Below are positions 23,850 to 36,835 of a DNA stretch of 64,000 nt, one piece after another. The stretch spans positions 20,894,001 to 20,958,000 of the forward strand of contig JBHGNT010000002.1 in the NCBI GenBank assembly GCA_043228905.1, in the 5' to 3' direction. The position numbers and the translations under genes are program-made. This stretch comes from Azolla caroliniana (Eukaryota > Plantae > Polypodiophyta). Position 1 is the stretch's first letter. Every line of letters starts with the position of its first letter. Under the pieces are notes generated by a model. That model was given only the letters and a program-made list of their open reading frames with translations. It had not been told where the DNA came from and did not search any database.

Positions 23850-26570
23850 CTCATATGTTACAAGCCAATTTGCATGGCTACAAGAAAACAACATGTATAA
23901 ATAAAGCAACAAAGCCTCAACACAATATTACTCGATAGAATCCCCTCAACATGAGCCTCACACAACCCGCATTCAGCAAAGACATCCTCCAATCTCTTCA
24001 CTATTCGACACCCACCTCTATGTTTGGTACCCTTGGGGGAAACAACCACCGGGCTGGCTAATAAATCCACTTTGCATTGACATCCACCATATGTAGCATC
24101 GGAGAACCTCTCCATTTTAGAAGGAAGTGGTATCTAGCTTCTTCACTCGCGTCAGAGGGCCCTTGAAGGCTGTCAAACTTTCCTTGTAGCGTAGAATCAG
24201 ATTAAACCAAATCATCATTAAACTCTTAGCCGATGGGGTTCGCTTCCCAATAAATGACTCCTTGCACCTAGATACCCACACTTGCTAAACAATAAGGCCA
24301 ACCACTAAAAACCAAATATCTATGTACCATTCTTGTATGTAGAATGAACCTCCTTGAGCTGAAAGTTGTATAGTTCTATTCACCGCCTTTAAAGAATGAC
24401 TATTTCCATTCCACCCATGAAACCATGCAGCTGATTCAGTAGCTAACCAAACAACTGCTACACTTGATACCTGAACTTCAACCCCCCATCGAGCCAAAAT
24501 TCTTAAGCTCCTTTTCCAAACTTCTTGGGCTCGTGGGCAACTTCACGTGATTTACCTTGTTTGCCCCTCCACGTGTATTTTGTAGGATCCCATTCTAAAC
24601 ACTCGAGTGGATTTCCTTCAACTACATACAAGATCCAATCATCCTCAATGTCATCGATTGATGGCTTCACTGTCCATTTCTTACCGTCTCGTGCCACAAT
24701 TCTAATCGGGGACCAATGAGCACCTGCAACTACTGATCCCAACTGGATGATCTTCCCATTCTTTCCTAGACCCTTGGCATTGATAACTTTTCTGGTATCA
24801 TCACATTGTCTGAACCATTCACCCTCTTCGCCATTACTAATAGGAATAGAGAAAACAACTTTATCGACTAGGTCAAGCATCTTCCTGCCATTTCTGAATT
24901 TTCCCGTGTCTTCATATAATTTATCTCGATTACTAGGGGACAACTGCATCCAATTTTCCATTGAATGAATCCCAACACCATGCAATATAGCCCACGACAT
25001 ACCCTATCTCTTACCAAGAATCTTTCCCTCGGTTGACTTTAAGGTCTCGTTCCACAATAGGGGTTGGTGCATCCATTCAACATTAGTACTTGGACCTATA
25101 TGACTAAGATGTCCACAGAGCATACCCCACGCCTTCATCACTGACATAGATGTGCGATCATCCAACTGATTAGATTTCCTAAGCTTTAAGTCCATACAAA
25201 ATAGCCATGATTTATGTGGCTTCCAATGCTCACCATGTCGTGGACCCCAAAGGATGCTCCTATTAAAAATCAGCGGTTTCCATAAGTGATTTCTGGGAAA
25301 CAAGCTCCTTACCAATACCTTACATAGCAATGATTGACTTTGTACTCTAGGGCCAATCAATCCTAAAACCCCCTTACTTTTGGGAAGAATCAACGTAGAC
25401 CATGATACTTTAGCTGCCGCGTTGTCTTCCCTATTCCCAGCCCATAGAAAGCCCCTAATACACGCTTTAACAATACGAATAATATGCCTGTCAAACATCC
25501 ACAGTGAGACCGCATGCCACAACGTAGATAGGAGCACATGGTTAGCTACTATGATCCTGCCAGCTAATGATAAATTCATCCCTAACTAGATGCGGATTTT
25601 GTCGCAAATTTTACTTTGAATTTGTTGCAACTATATTCTTTTGTCGATATCTACACCAATCCACATTCCTAGATATCTGGTGCCTTCCCCTTTTGCAATC
25701 CATCTGAATTCAACATTTGGTTTCCATACCGGCTCTACCTCCGAGCTAATCCCGAAACCCTTGGACTTATTTGAATTGATGGTGACTCCCGATGCTTTGC
25801 AAAAATGATCGATAGCAATCTGTGCCCTCCCCATATTCACTTCATTACCTTCGAGGTATAGCATCATATCGTCCGCGAACTCCAAGTCGAGCAAGACTTC
25901 CTTGTGTTAGGGATTGAAAGACCATGTAAATTTGCCACCTAATTATTCAAAAAGGCAAACATTGCTTTGGTAATAAAGAGGAATAGAAAGGGGGCGAGAG
26001 GACAACCTTGCCTGATGGATCTAGTTAGAGAGATTCTAGCTCCTTTCTCCATGCAATCAACACCTTGAGCCATTCCTATATAAGGCTTGAGCAGCACACC
26101 TCCATTCCCACGCTAGCTCACCTTCATCACTTCTTCAAGGAAATACCATTGCACTCGATCATAGGCTTTCTCGAAGTCAAGCATCAAACAAGCTAAGTTT
26201 TGCTTGGTCTCCATCACCGTCGCAACAGCCTCCCAAAACAATATCACATTGTCCATAATAGATTGATGCTCCATGAAACCGGTTTGATTGGTGTGGATGA
26301 TATCTCCTAGAAAAGGCTTGACTCTTTGCATTAGTATGTTAGCAAAATGTTAGCAAAATTTTGATAAATGGGCCTCCATTGTCTAGTCTCGTGTGACAAC
26401 TTCTTCGATTTAGGAATCAGGTATAACAATCCTTCATTGAAGTTGCTTGACATCCTTCTCGATCTCCACATTTCTTGGAATTCAGCTTCCAAACTAGGAA
26501 AAGTATGCTCCCAGAATTCCACGAAGAAGGTTTTGGGAAGGCTGTCAACTCCAGGGCAAGCCCTGCTATG
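23850..26570 (-). mobile_element. Degenerate LINE (L1/Tx1-like) ORF2 fragment
   Basis: WRPI, QTGF, LDFEKAYDRV, RQGCPLAPFLF, EFADD, RYLG, LSLAGRIIVANHVLLS in broken minus-strand ORFs. Boundaries are approximate. Confidence 0.85.
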
Positions 26571-27652
26571 AATCCTATGGTAGGTTAATCTTTACACCTA
26601 TGGAAAATGATTTGTTTAGGTTTTGTTTACATAAAGAAGTGAGGGTGATTGTAAATGATGGATCAAATTGGATCTTAGACCCGGATCCTCAAAAGGTGAA
26701 TTAATTTTTGGGAGATTTTGATTATGGAAAGGAGACCAATATCTAGATTAACTTGCGATCTTGGAGAATTGTATTGGAAGGTGTGGGTTCAAGATCACAT
26801 CAAATACATGCCTTTTCTTTCAATATTCTATGAAGATTGGTAGGAAAATATTAGGTGCTAGATCATGGAAAGAACCAACCACAAATGTTGTTTGGAGATG
26901 AAATGGACTTTCTCCACAACATCTCAAATAATTTTGGAAATGGCTATGGGGTATAAAGATGAGTAAGTTGTATGTTTCCGATGGTTGTTGGTTCATAATG
27001 TTATACCAGTTAATGGGTGGCGAAAAGGAAATGTAGACAAGATCTGTCCTTTCTGTATGGATTTTAATAGAGGTTGCTATGGAAACAAATCATAAGATTA
27101 TTAACTCCAGTATATCCTAGAGCAGTGTATACATGGGGTGCAATATTATGAGTGGTGGTACATGATAAACCTATGGTATATGAACATGAGGAGGTTGCAA
27201 ATGCTATTGTGATGAGACATGGTTTGATGGAATTTTTTTTTATCCCTTTGATCCACAAATACAAACTAATAAACCTCAAATATGGCAATTGGTAAGTAGT
27301 ATTACAATTTGGTATATTTGGAAGGCTCGATGTTTGAAGGTATTTCAAAATGTGAATGAAAGTCTAGCCCAAATAATTTTGGGAATTTGGATAGAGATTG
27401 TGCATAATCTGAAAAGGTTGTTGGATGGTATAAAAGGTAATATGCACCATCTGGGACCTAGATATATTTTATAGATGACTTTTTGATAAGATGGAGTGGT
27501 TTTACTCGACACCAAAGTATTTATTTAAGCCGATGATTAGAATTTAGAAAAATATAGGGGATCTGTGGATATCTTGTTTGTTTAACCTTATGCGTTTTCT
27601 AATACTAATGTTGTATCTTTTTTTGGAAATAAATAAATAAATAAATAAATAA
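26570..27652 (+). mobile_element. Decayed 3' end of a second LINE with (TAAA)n tail
   Basis: Trp-rich remnants (ICPFC; TIWYIWKARC..VF) typical of a LINE ORF2 C-terminus; AATA repeats at about 27628-27652. Confidence 0.55.
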
Positions 27653-28614
27653 TTCTATGTAAATTCAAGAATGTCCTTGTGAGTGGGAAATAATAGGAGG
27701 CTCTTGATAGTCTAATCTTCATTTTTTTCTCCAACCTTCTATTCTCAGTATTCATCTATGTAAGGTTTAGTTCTATTTGTTTGGAGGTTGACTTACAATG
27801 TGACACCCTAAACGTTTTGAGCATTGAATGGACAATCCAACGTCATGACATTTATTTCGAGATAAAGCATCTCTATGTTCTTGTGATATATCCCTACATC
27901 TAGAGATAAATGCAATTGGCCAAGATCCATTACCTTGAATTTGTGACCAAGATTGTCTTTAGTATTTCCTATGAGAACAATGTGATGTCATCAACATACA
28001 ATACAATTTACTATCTCCCCATGTTTAGCTTTGACATAGAGGGAATGATGCCTTGTATCTGTCCTGAAGTCAATTTTAGTGAGGAATCCATGAATCCACT
28101 TGACCTAGGCCCCTTGTGTATACTTCAACCACAAAGTGAAGACCTTTTATTAGAATTGGGTGCATTAAAACCCAAGGATTTTTCAATGATGTAGATAGTT
28201 TTGATCCTTGGAGGTTCGAATGTGTCTAGCTTCGAAATCATTTAAGGAACCGGTGAAGGCCTCTTAATGAAAAACTTATAATTTCTAGTAATTTCTCGTA
28301 GATTCCACTAGAGTTGCCTCCAAAAGTGTTGCTCAATAACAAGTGCAAAATGTTTATAGCTATTCTACCATGTTAAATATTGTGCCAAAAATAGAGAATC
28401 CTTATAGATGTAGTCTTCATCAAGAACAATGGAGAACAGAAGGATTTAGGAAAGGAGAAACAAGGGCTCAAACATGACTAATATATTGCAATAGCAAGAT
28501 CCATACAAAGTCAAGAGCACTAGCTAATATGCTCACATGGGAGTATAAATACAACTTGGATTGTATTGAAGAACTAACCTTATAAATCTCCCTAATGTTC
28601 CTATAATACAATGG

Positions 28615-31218
28615 TGTTGAGCGAGCAAGCTCAACTGGATCCGAATTGGTTGAATAAGCTTGAGCCAGATCAGTATCTGGAACGAAGAACCGGATGATAT
28701 CCGGATCAGTATCCGGAACCAGGAGCCGGATTCAAATGTGAACTGGAAGGCTAGTAGTAGCCTATATGCGTCTAGACTACTAGGTAGTCAGGGTCCTCGT
28801 AGTTAGTGCCAGTCGCTCGTATGAGCATTGAAGTACATGGTGCTTCCGTCAGTCCTCCTAGGACTTGTATAAATAGTGTTGTCAAGCATATTGTATGGAT
28901 AGAGTTACAGAGTGTTACTTTTTTTAATAGAGTTTATGTTTTGCTCTCTCTCTGTCTCTCCCGCGCATATTCTCTGTGTTTAGCTTCCATTGAACCTTTC
29001 TCTCAACTGTTGCTATCCAGTAGAGCTGGTTTGTAATATGCTTCTGCACGTTAACATTTACATGGTATTAGAGCGTGAGGGTTGAGAACCTCTGCAGCCG
29101 ACAAACGCTTTCAAAGACAAACCCTGATACCCGGTAAGGATAGACAGAGAAAGATACGGATAGAGGTATGGCGAGTTCACTACCCATAGAGAAGCTCGAC
29201 TGGAGCAACTATGCGTCTTGGTCATATAAAATGCACCAGTACTTGCTGGGGCATGGATATTGGAGCTACGTGGAAGGAACCAATGAGATAGCGCCGGAGC
29301 CGGCACACAAGGACTTCCTGGCATGGGAGCAAGGAGCGAGCCGAGTATTGTACTGCCTCGCGTCCTGTGTGTACGATCAGATGCTCGGCTACATCAAGGA
29401 TACAAAGATGCCGAAGGACGCTTGGGAAAATCTACGGAAGATTTTCGCCGCAAGTACCATAACCTGAAAGTTGCAGCTCCGGCAAGAGCTGAACAACATC
29501 CGGCAAAGGGATATGTCCGTGACCGACTACACCACCAAGATAAAGGAGATTTGTGACGCGCTTGGGTCCATCAACATGACGGTGGACGAAGACGAGATGG
29601 TCCAAATCTGCCTCGGTGGTGTAGCACAATGGTACGGACCAATCCGGATGGCAATCTGCACCCTGCAGAAGCCACCGTCCTTCTTCGACTTACAATCAAT
29701 GTTGATGGTCAAAGAAAACCACACGAGTGGGTCGAGGACCACTCAATCGGACAACCAAATGTTGTATACAAAGGCGGATCAGCCCCATGGACGTGGAGAA
29801 CGAGGTGTGTTGGCATGCAATGGAGGCGGCCGACAAGAGCAGGACCGAATGCATAGGGATGGTGCCGACAACAGTTCCGAACCCTCCACAAGCTGGGGGA
29901 GTCAAGTCGGAGCTAGAAACCGACAATCGAAAGCCGACACGGAATGTTGGTATTGTGACAAGAAAGGCCATTAGGAAAGCGAGTGCTGGAAAAAGCGCGC
30001 CGATTCGGACAAATCCGGAAAACCGACAATGATCACACTATGTGGAAGGATCGGAAGGATCCGGAACCAGGAAGACCGGTAAAGGGCCGGCCTTGGTGAT
30101 GAATCACAAGGCTAACTCGATGAAGAAGACTACTTCCAAATCAGAGGAAGTATGGTACGCTGATTCCGGAGCATCCAACTACATGATGAGCCATGAAGAG
30201 TGGTTCTCTTTTTTGGAGAAACTGGAACAACTAGGGATTGTCGAAACCGGAGACAATACCCCTCACCGGATTGTGCATGTCGGAGAAGTCCCTTTAAGCC
30301 ACGTCGGACATTGACAAGCCATGAAGAGTGGTTCTCTTTTTTGGAGAAACCGGAACAACTGGGTATTGTCGAAAACGGAGACGACACCCCTCATCGGATT
30401 GTATGAATCTACTACATGTTCTGACTATCACAAAGAACCTGGTGTCGGTCAGACAAATCGTTGACCAGGGAATGTAGGTGCGGTTTACGCACCTCGGGTG
30501 CTTCATCCAAGAAGAAGGCCGGATAATTGCGCAAGGGCGCAAAGAAGGGAGGATGTTCATCCTCAACACTAATGACGTCGGCACTGCCATGTTTGCCAAA
30601 GGATAGAAGATTGAATCAGACATTGATCTGTAGCATAAGCAGATCGGCCACATCAACTACCGGAGGCTTCAAGATCTGCAATCGAAACATTGTGTGTTCG
30701 GATTGCCGAAGTTTAGTGGCCAGAAGGCCCAAATATGTGAAGCCTGCCAACTCGGGAAGCAACATCAACTTCCCTTCCTCACCGAATGAAACCGGACCCG
30801 TAACAAGCTCGACTTAATCCACTCGGATGTATGGGGACCAAGACAAAAAGTTAGTCTTGGCGGGAGTCAGTATTTCGTCTCCTTCATCGACAACTGTAGC
30901 CGGCACACGTGGATCTACCTCATCGAGAAGAAAAGCAAAGTCTTCAACTGTTTCCGGAACCTTCAAAGCTTAGTTGAAAGGGAAACGGAGAGGAAGATAA
31001 AGTTCCTATGTTCGGATGGCGGAAAAGAATACTTTTCCGGCCAATTCAATAGTTATTTGTAGCAGAACGAAATTCGGAGAGAATTCAGTTGCCGATACAT
31101 ACCGGAACAAAATGGTGTGGCCGAGAGAAAGAACCGGTTGATTGTCGACGCGGCAAGGGCAATGCTAGAGGAGAAGAGCATGCCCAAATTCTACTAGGTT
31201 GAGGCCGTCCAGACGGCC
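28615..31218 (+). mobile_element. Ty1/Copia element E (5' LTR, gag, PR, integrase), cut off by element F
   Basis: LTR TGTTGA...TTAACA about 28615-29056/62; PBS TGGTATTAGAGC (tRNA-iMet, 1 mismatch) 29063-29074; gag from 29168 with CWYCDKKGH; WYADSGAS (PR); CEACQLGKQ; LIHSDVWGP; SDGGKEY; TPEQNGVAERKNR. Confidence 0.92.
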
Positions 31219-33061
31219 TGTGGTCTGTCGGAATCGTAACTGACGGATTGAAGCGCAGAAACATTATAATATAGTAAAGCGTTAAGAAACGCATGTAACG
31301 GTTCAAGCGGGAAGCGTTAACGGCTAAAAGCCTTGTGTATATAAAGGGTAGAAATCCTCTGTAAGAGGTGCGTGTAATTTTGGGAGTATAGAGCGTATTT
31401 CTAATAGAATACTATCTTCTCTGATCTTTGTACATATCTGTGGTTTTCTCTACTGCGTTCTTTGTTTCTCTGTTGCGTACTGTTAATCGTAATGGTGTAG
31501 GTGTAAGTGTGGATACTAGTGCACTTTCTAAGGAGTTCGGTTGTAGCTGTTCCCCCTTATACGCGACTAGGATACAAGGGAGTATCCCATTACGATTTAC
31601 GGTACGACAGTTCTATTCCTTGTAACACGGTCACCTTGAGGTCTACGCCGAAGGACTGAGCATAGACAATGTTCCTAATCGGTAACACTTTTGGCATGCT
31701 TGGTGATTTGTGACTTCTCGCAGACGAACAACAAGGAATGGATGTCTAGCCGTAGACGGTCCAGAGAACCGACCAGACAAGTCCAACCACTAACGAGGTC
31801 CATCACACGCCAGACAGAGGAGTGCGGAAGGCAAAAACCTCGCCTCGGTGATATCTGTCCGAACCACATAGTTGACTCCACGCTCACCAACACTGTGACA
31901 TCAAGCAGTAAGTTCTGTCACCACACGAGTACCGTTGTCGTGCCTTTCGGCTCCGGATCGTTGCGTGAGTCGGGTGGGAACCGCCGAGGTTTTGGACTAG
32001 GAGGAAGAGGAATACAACTTAAGACTAGTTATGAATAGTAGAAAGAGAAGTAAGATAGAAATCTCATGAATCCCACGAGTTTAGTGTATTTAAAACAATA
32101 TTTAGATTATAAGAGTAATTTAGATGGCAAAATTCGTGAATCCTACGAATATATTAGATTGATCAATCCTTGTATATTAATCAACAACCTTATACATATT
32201 TCTCTCCTCCTTATATAAAGATGGAAGAGGCTAAGCATGGCTTCATGCTTTTTCACCAAAAGTGTCCATGCACACTAAATGTGCATGTGATGCTTTGTCA
32301 TTTCCTAAGTATAGGGCTCATGGACGCTAGATGTGCATGAGTCACTTTTAATGTCACGTGTAAATAAAATATTCACACCCTAAAGAATACATGATTTTTA
32401 CCTTTTAATAAAGGTATGTGTAAATAAAGGTCTTATACGTATTAAATCTATATGTATAACACTAAAGATAAGTTATTACAATGGTAAAGTTGAGTTTTAT
32501 CTATGTGGAGGTGCAAGGTTCGAATCCTGCCCTATGCACGTGATAAGTATTTTGATATACTATTTATTTATTTATATGTATCTAAAATCGGATATATTAT
32601 TTTATGGTTTTCACGTAGTGTGTGGAATACACTACGACACTCGCCCCCTCCGAACCCGCACATCCTCCGGTATGTGCCGAAGTTCTCGATTCCTCATATC
32701 CGTCTTCACCCAAAGCTTCCTCCGATTCTCCCCTTATGTCGACTATGAGTTGTAATTCACTTTCTTCGCTTCCCGCATCACCGTGGTCTTCGTCCGATTG
32801 CTCCTCGTTGTCGGCCTTGGCTTGGATCACATAGGGTTTGTCGTCAGTCCGCTTTTTGAAAATCTTCACCCGCTTCCCGGCTATAGGCACTCGTAGTATT
32901 GTTCCATCCAACTCGGACAGTTGGTACGTTCCGTTGTCAAAGACTTTTCGAACCTCGTATGGCCCGAACCACCTTTTCGCGAATTTCCGCATCGTTGTAT
33001 GTTGATGGTCCAAACTACTGTCATAGACGATCACCCAATCTCCTTCTTCAATCCTCCTCGG

Positions 33062-36000
33062 TCATAGTCGGTGCTTTGTGTCGAATCGGCTTTTGTTCCG
33101 GAATCGTGCTTCTTGTTGTCGGCGTATTGCTTCAGCTATGTCTGCCGGTCTTCCCTCTAGTTGTTGTATCCGGACCGCTAGTAGTTCTTCCTGGCTCATC
33201 TCTTCCTTCCACGGTAGCACTGTCCATGTTGCGATCGCGGTTTCCGTCGGCATTACCGGTGCTTGTCCGGTCATGAGTTCTGCCGGCACGTAACCGGTTA
33301 CGGAGCTATGCGTCGTCCGATCCGCCCATAGTGCATACGGAAGCATCTGCGGCCAGTCCTTCACCTTTCCATCGCATGCCTTCGCAAGTGCTTTCACGAT
33401 CGGACTATGTCCTCGTTCGATTTTCCCGTTGGCCTCCGGATTGTATGCCGTTGTCAGCGTTAATCGAACTCCGTGTTTGGCGAAGAATCCCCTAGCTTTG
33501 TCCGAGTCGAGTTCTCCCCGGTCCGCAATCACTTGTCCTATGCACCCGTACCTGCAAAATACTTCCTCCAAAAGAAATTGGCATACCGCGGAACACGTTT
33601 TCCTCTGAAGCGCTCGACCTTCTACTTGATTCGTGAGATCTTCCCGAGCTAATACCAAGTATTTCTTTTGTCCAATCCCGGTCGGCATGGCCACTATGTC
33701 GACCATCCACTTGAAGTTGATTGTCGGTGAGAATGCCGGATGTAACTCATCTCGATGTCGAACCCCGGAGTAGATTTGACATTTCTCGCAGCTTTCCGTG
33801 AACTCCGCGACATCTTTGTACATTTTCTTCCACCAATATTTTTGCTTGATCTTCTCAAATGTTGCCCATGTTCCTCGGTGTCCAGCCCAATCGGATTCGT
33901 GAAACTCGGACATTATCCGGTTTCGTTGCTCTTTTGTCCCGACTACTCGAAGTGGTATACCATCCGGTCTTTTCGGCGCCCTCCATATTATTCCGTTTTC
34001 CAAGAAGAACTTTTGGACTTGCCTCTTCTTCCTTCGGATCTCGGCCCTTCTTCCTTTATCGTTTGTTGAATCCTCGACCTCTTGTAACATCTTTCCGATC
34101 ATCAAGCTTTCTCCCTCGTATTCTTCTTCCCGGAATTCTCGGATTACGTTCACTCGGCATATGTGCTCCGACGCGAAGTAGTCTTTGGAAACTTCTTCAT
34201 TATCCGATTCGGTTATGTCGTCTTCGAACCGAGCCCTTGATAACATATCCGCTACCGCGTTGTCCTTCCCCGAGATGTGTCGAACCTCCGGATTAAGCGA
34301 CTTGACATATGCAACCCACCTTAGCATAGCTACATCCGGTATCGTACAACACCGCATCATCCCGAGTATCGGAAGACAATCCGTCTCGATCACCACTTCG
34401 GCTCCGATCAAATAATCCCGATCCGATTTTATCGTCGACACGACTCCCCACAGTTCTCTTTTGACTTGTGCATATCCACGTTGCCTTTCGTTGAGAACCT
34501 TTGCTCCGAATCGGATCGGATACCGCGAACCATCCGAGTCGGCTTGATTGATGACCCACCTGATACCGGTTGGACTTGTATCAACCGTTACTATGATCGG
34601 TCGGTCGTAGCTTGGCTTCTTAAGTGCTTCCGCCCTCCGAAGTGTCTTCTTCAATTTCTTCATGGCTTTGGTGTGTTCCGGTTTCCATTCGAATTTCTTA
34701 CCTTTCCGCAACAAGTGGTAGAGCAGGTCCGCTATATGTGCATAGTGCAGAATCCATATGTGATAGAATGCACATGCACCGAGAAACCTTCGGACTTCGG
34801 ATGTTGACTCGCATACTTCCTCCATAGCTTGAATAGCATCGATCTTTGTTGGTGACGGTCTTCGGCCGTAGGGCCCACATAGATGTCCGACCACCAATAT
34901 TTCTTCTTGCCCGAATGCCGATTTCTCCCCGGAAAGTGTTAGGTGCACATCTTCTAGCTTTCGCAACACTTTCTCGCAATCATGAATATGGTCGACCACG
35001 AACTTTCGGCATCCCCGATCATCCATAGTCTCATCTTTTTCTTCTACCGTGCATCCTTTCATCGGAATGTCATCGAGGAACGGCATCGTTATCTCCAGAA
35101 TGCAGTCTCGAAGCACCTTGTTCATCGCGTTCATCATATGAGCAACCGAGTTTGTCGCTCCTTGTGGTAGTGTGCACATTCGGACTAATCCTATCGGTGT
35201 TCGCAGGGTTGTGATGTCTCGGCTCTCCACGGCTGGTTGGAATTGGTCATACCTCGAGTATAGGTCTCCGATGGAGTATATCGCACGACCGGCAAAAGCT
35301 TCCGCAAATTCGTCCACTATCGGACCGACTCCCGAGTTCCGGATTGTGACCTTATTCACCGGTTGCAAGTCTTGGATAAATGGGAGTGACCCATTCTTCT
35401 TCGGAACCGTAAACCATCGATTTGAGTACGGAGCAGTTGATGGCTCTAGAATCCCCATCACCACCTTCTCCTTGAGCAAGTCAATGACTTTCGGAATATG
35501 CGCTCGTGGCACCGGAATCGGCTTCAGGTTCCATGGTACATGGTCAATCGTGAAGATCACCATCGGCTCCACTATTCTCGGATCGACGCACCCTATCTCC
35601 CTTGATGTAAATGCAAACGCTTTGCCATGTTGCTCCAACATCTCGCGAAACCGTTCTTCTTCTTTTTGTAATAGGAACCCACCTCCACCGATCCGAAGTT
35701 TCTTCCTGGTCTCATCTGTGAAGGCATGTCCGATATCCACGGACTTCCGAAGTGTCGGATCTCCCGAGACTTCTTTCCTCTTTTGTTCGCTATCGGCGGA
35801 TAGTGGTCCCGCGGCCGGTTTCACCTTCTTCTCCACGGTCTTGTATTTCATACTTACCATTGCTTCTTCTTTGCGGAGCGTATCCAGCTCCATTTTCGCA
35901 ATGATCTCGTACATCTCGACCGATTCCACCGGGACTACCCGGTTCCCTTGGCTTTTATCTTCTGCAAGCTCTTCAAGTCGTTGTTGCGTGCTCCCATAGA

Positions 36001-36094
36001 ACACTTCTTCGACTATCCCCACGATTTCTTCATCTTCTTTTATTATTGATGCCGACCGCAACTTATCCTCCACTTGTCGGTATCCTTTCTTCAA
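33062..36094 (-). CDS. pol: RT-RNase H-integrase of element G (C-terminus frameshifted into 32597-33034)
   Basis: 1010-aa ORF: LPQGATNS, MPFLDD, VDTSPTG, HESDWAGH..CEKC, ADRGE, NPEANGKIERGH. Confidence 0.93.
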   Translation of the reverse strand: MKKGYRQVEDKLRSASIIKEDEEIVGIVEEVFYGSTQQRLEELAEDKSQGNRVVPVESVEMYEIIAKMELDTLRKEEAMVSMKYKTVEKKVKPAAGPLSADSEQKRKEVSGDPTLRKSVDIGHAFTDETRKKLRIGGGGFLLQKEEERFREMLEQHGKAFAFTSREIGCVDPRIVEPMVIFTIDHVPWNLKPIPVPRAHIPKVIDLLKEKVVMGILEPSTAPYSNRWFTVPKKNGSLPFIQDLQPVNKVTIRNSGVGPIVDEFAEAFAGRAIYSIGDLYSRYDQFQPAVESRDITTLRTPIGLVRMCTLPQGATNSVAHMMNAMNKVLRDCILEITMPFLDDIPMKGCTVEEKDETMDDRGCRKFVVDHIHDCEKVLRKLEDVHLTLSGEKSAFGQEEILVVGHLCGPYGRRPSPTKIDAIQAMEEVCESTSEVRRFLGACAFYHIWILHYAHIADLLYHLLRKGKKFEWKPEHTKAMKKLKKTLRRAEALKKPSYDRPIIVTVDTSPTGIRWVINQADSDGSRYPIRFGAKVLNERQRGYAQVKRELWGVVSTIKSDRDYLIGAEVVIETDCLPILGMMRCCTIPDVAMLRWVAYVKSLNPEVRHISGKDNAVADMLSRARFEDDITESDNEEVSKDYFASEHICRVNVIREFREEEYEGESLMIGKMLQEVEDSTNDKGRRAEIRRKKRQVQKFFLENGIIWRAPKRPDGIPLRVVGTKEQRNRIMSEFHESDWAGHRGTWATFEKIKQKYWWKKMYKDVAEFTESCEKCQIYSGVRHRDELHPAFSPTINFKWMVDIVAMPTGIGQKKYLVLAREDLTNQVEGRALQRKTCSAVCQFLLEEVFCRYGCIGQVIADRGELDSDKARGFFAKHGVRLTLTTAYNPEANGKIERGHSPIVKALAKACDGKVKDWPQMLPYALWADRTTHSSVTGYVPAELMTGQAPVMPTETAIATWTVLPWKEEMSQEELLAVRIQQLEGRPADIAEAIRRQQEARFRNKSRFDTKHRL

Positions 36095-36228
36095 TCCTCC
36101 GGTTACGGTCGTGTACGTAGATGCCCCATCCGGACCGATTCGTACATGTTTTGCTCCGAGAGTTTTCTTCCTGTGTGGGGTATCAGGGCTTCTCGGACTA
36201 TCACTTCCCCACTCCGCAACAGTCCGCT

Positions 36229-36835
36229 TTAAAAATCCATTCTCACTTGGGACAAGAGTTCCCTCTTGTTCCTTTCGTGATTTGCCGGCACCGTTAGGAA
36301 TTGGACGGATTTCCCACCGTTTTGGCTCCGAATTCGCGCAAAAGCCGCACCGCTATCGAGCACCTTCGTCTCCATCCGTGATGCCGTGATAAAGGGTTGG
36401 CCGAGGATGACGGAATGTGAAACCTCATCTTGCACGAAGAAATTTTGGTCGATCTCGACATCCCCAATCTTCACCGTCACATCCGGACAAGCCGCAAATA
36501 GATCTTTCGTTGCTTTGGTGGCCGCCCGAATCTTCCATCCATGGTTGGTGTTAATAGGCCACTTCCCCTTCAGGTAGAACTCCTTGGGCATCAAGTTGAT
36601 CTTCGATCCGTGATCAATCAATGCTAGCACGGGTTCTTTGATGTTGCTGATTCGGACCGGAGTCTCCGTAGTCGTGCGTGCCCAATGTGGCCTTGTATAG
36701 TGGGAGTTCGGAATTTCGTCCTCCACTTCGGTGTCGTTCATTAAAACGGTGTTCGTATTCACCCTTGGAGCATTTTCCTCCGTACTTTGTCTTTTTCGCT
36801 TCACGAGATCCACGAGAAGATCGTGGAACTCCTTT
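36229..36835 (-). pseudogene. Protease region of G, separated from its gag (45952-48098) by the DNA transposon
   Basis: LIDHGSKINLM. The reading ...SLRELLRIA-K(K)EFHDLLVDLVKRK is restored when 36836-45951 is removed. Confidence 0.9.

Noticed and set aside
21824-23850. Possible host gene in the AT-rich interval (also 27650-28614)
   Set aside because: Only short low-complexity ORFs and faint retroelement-like remnants; no supportable exon structure.
35172-35999. Long ORFs antisense to gag/pol (also 7168-7818, 216-653, 53156-53743 and similar)
   Set aside because: Shadow frames of retroelement coding sequence with no independent motifs.
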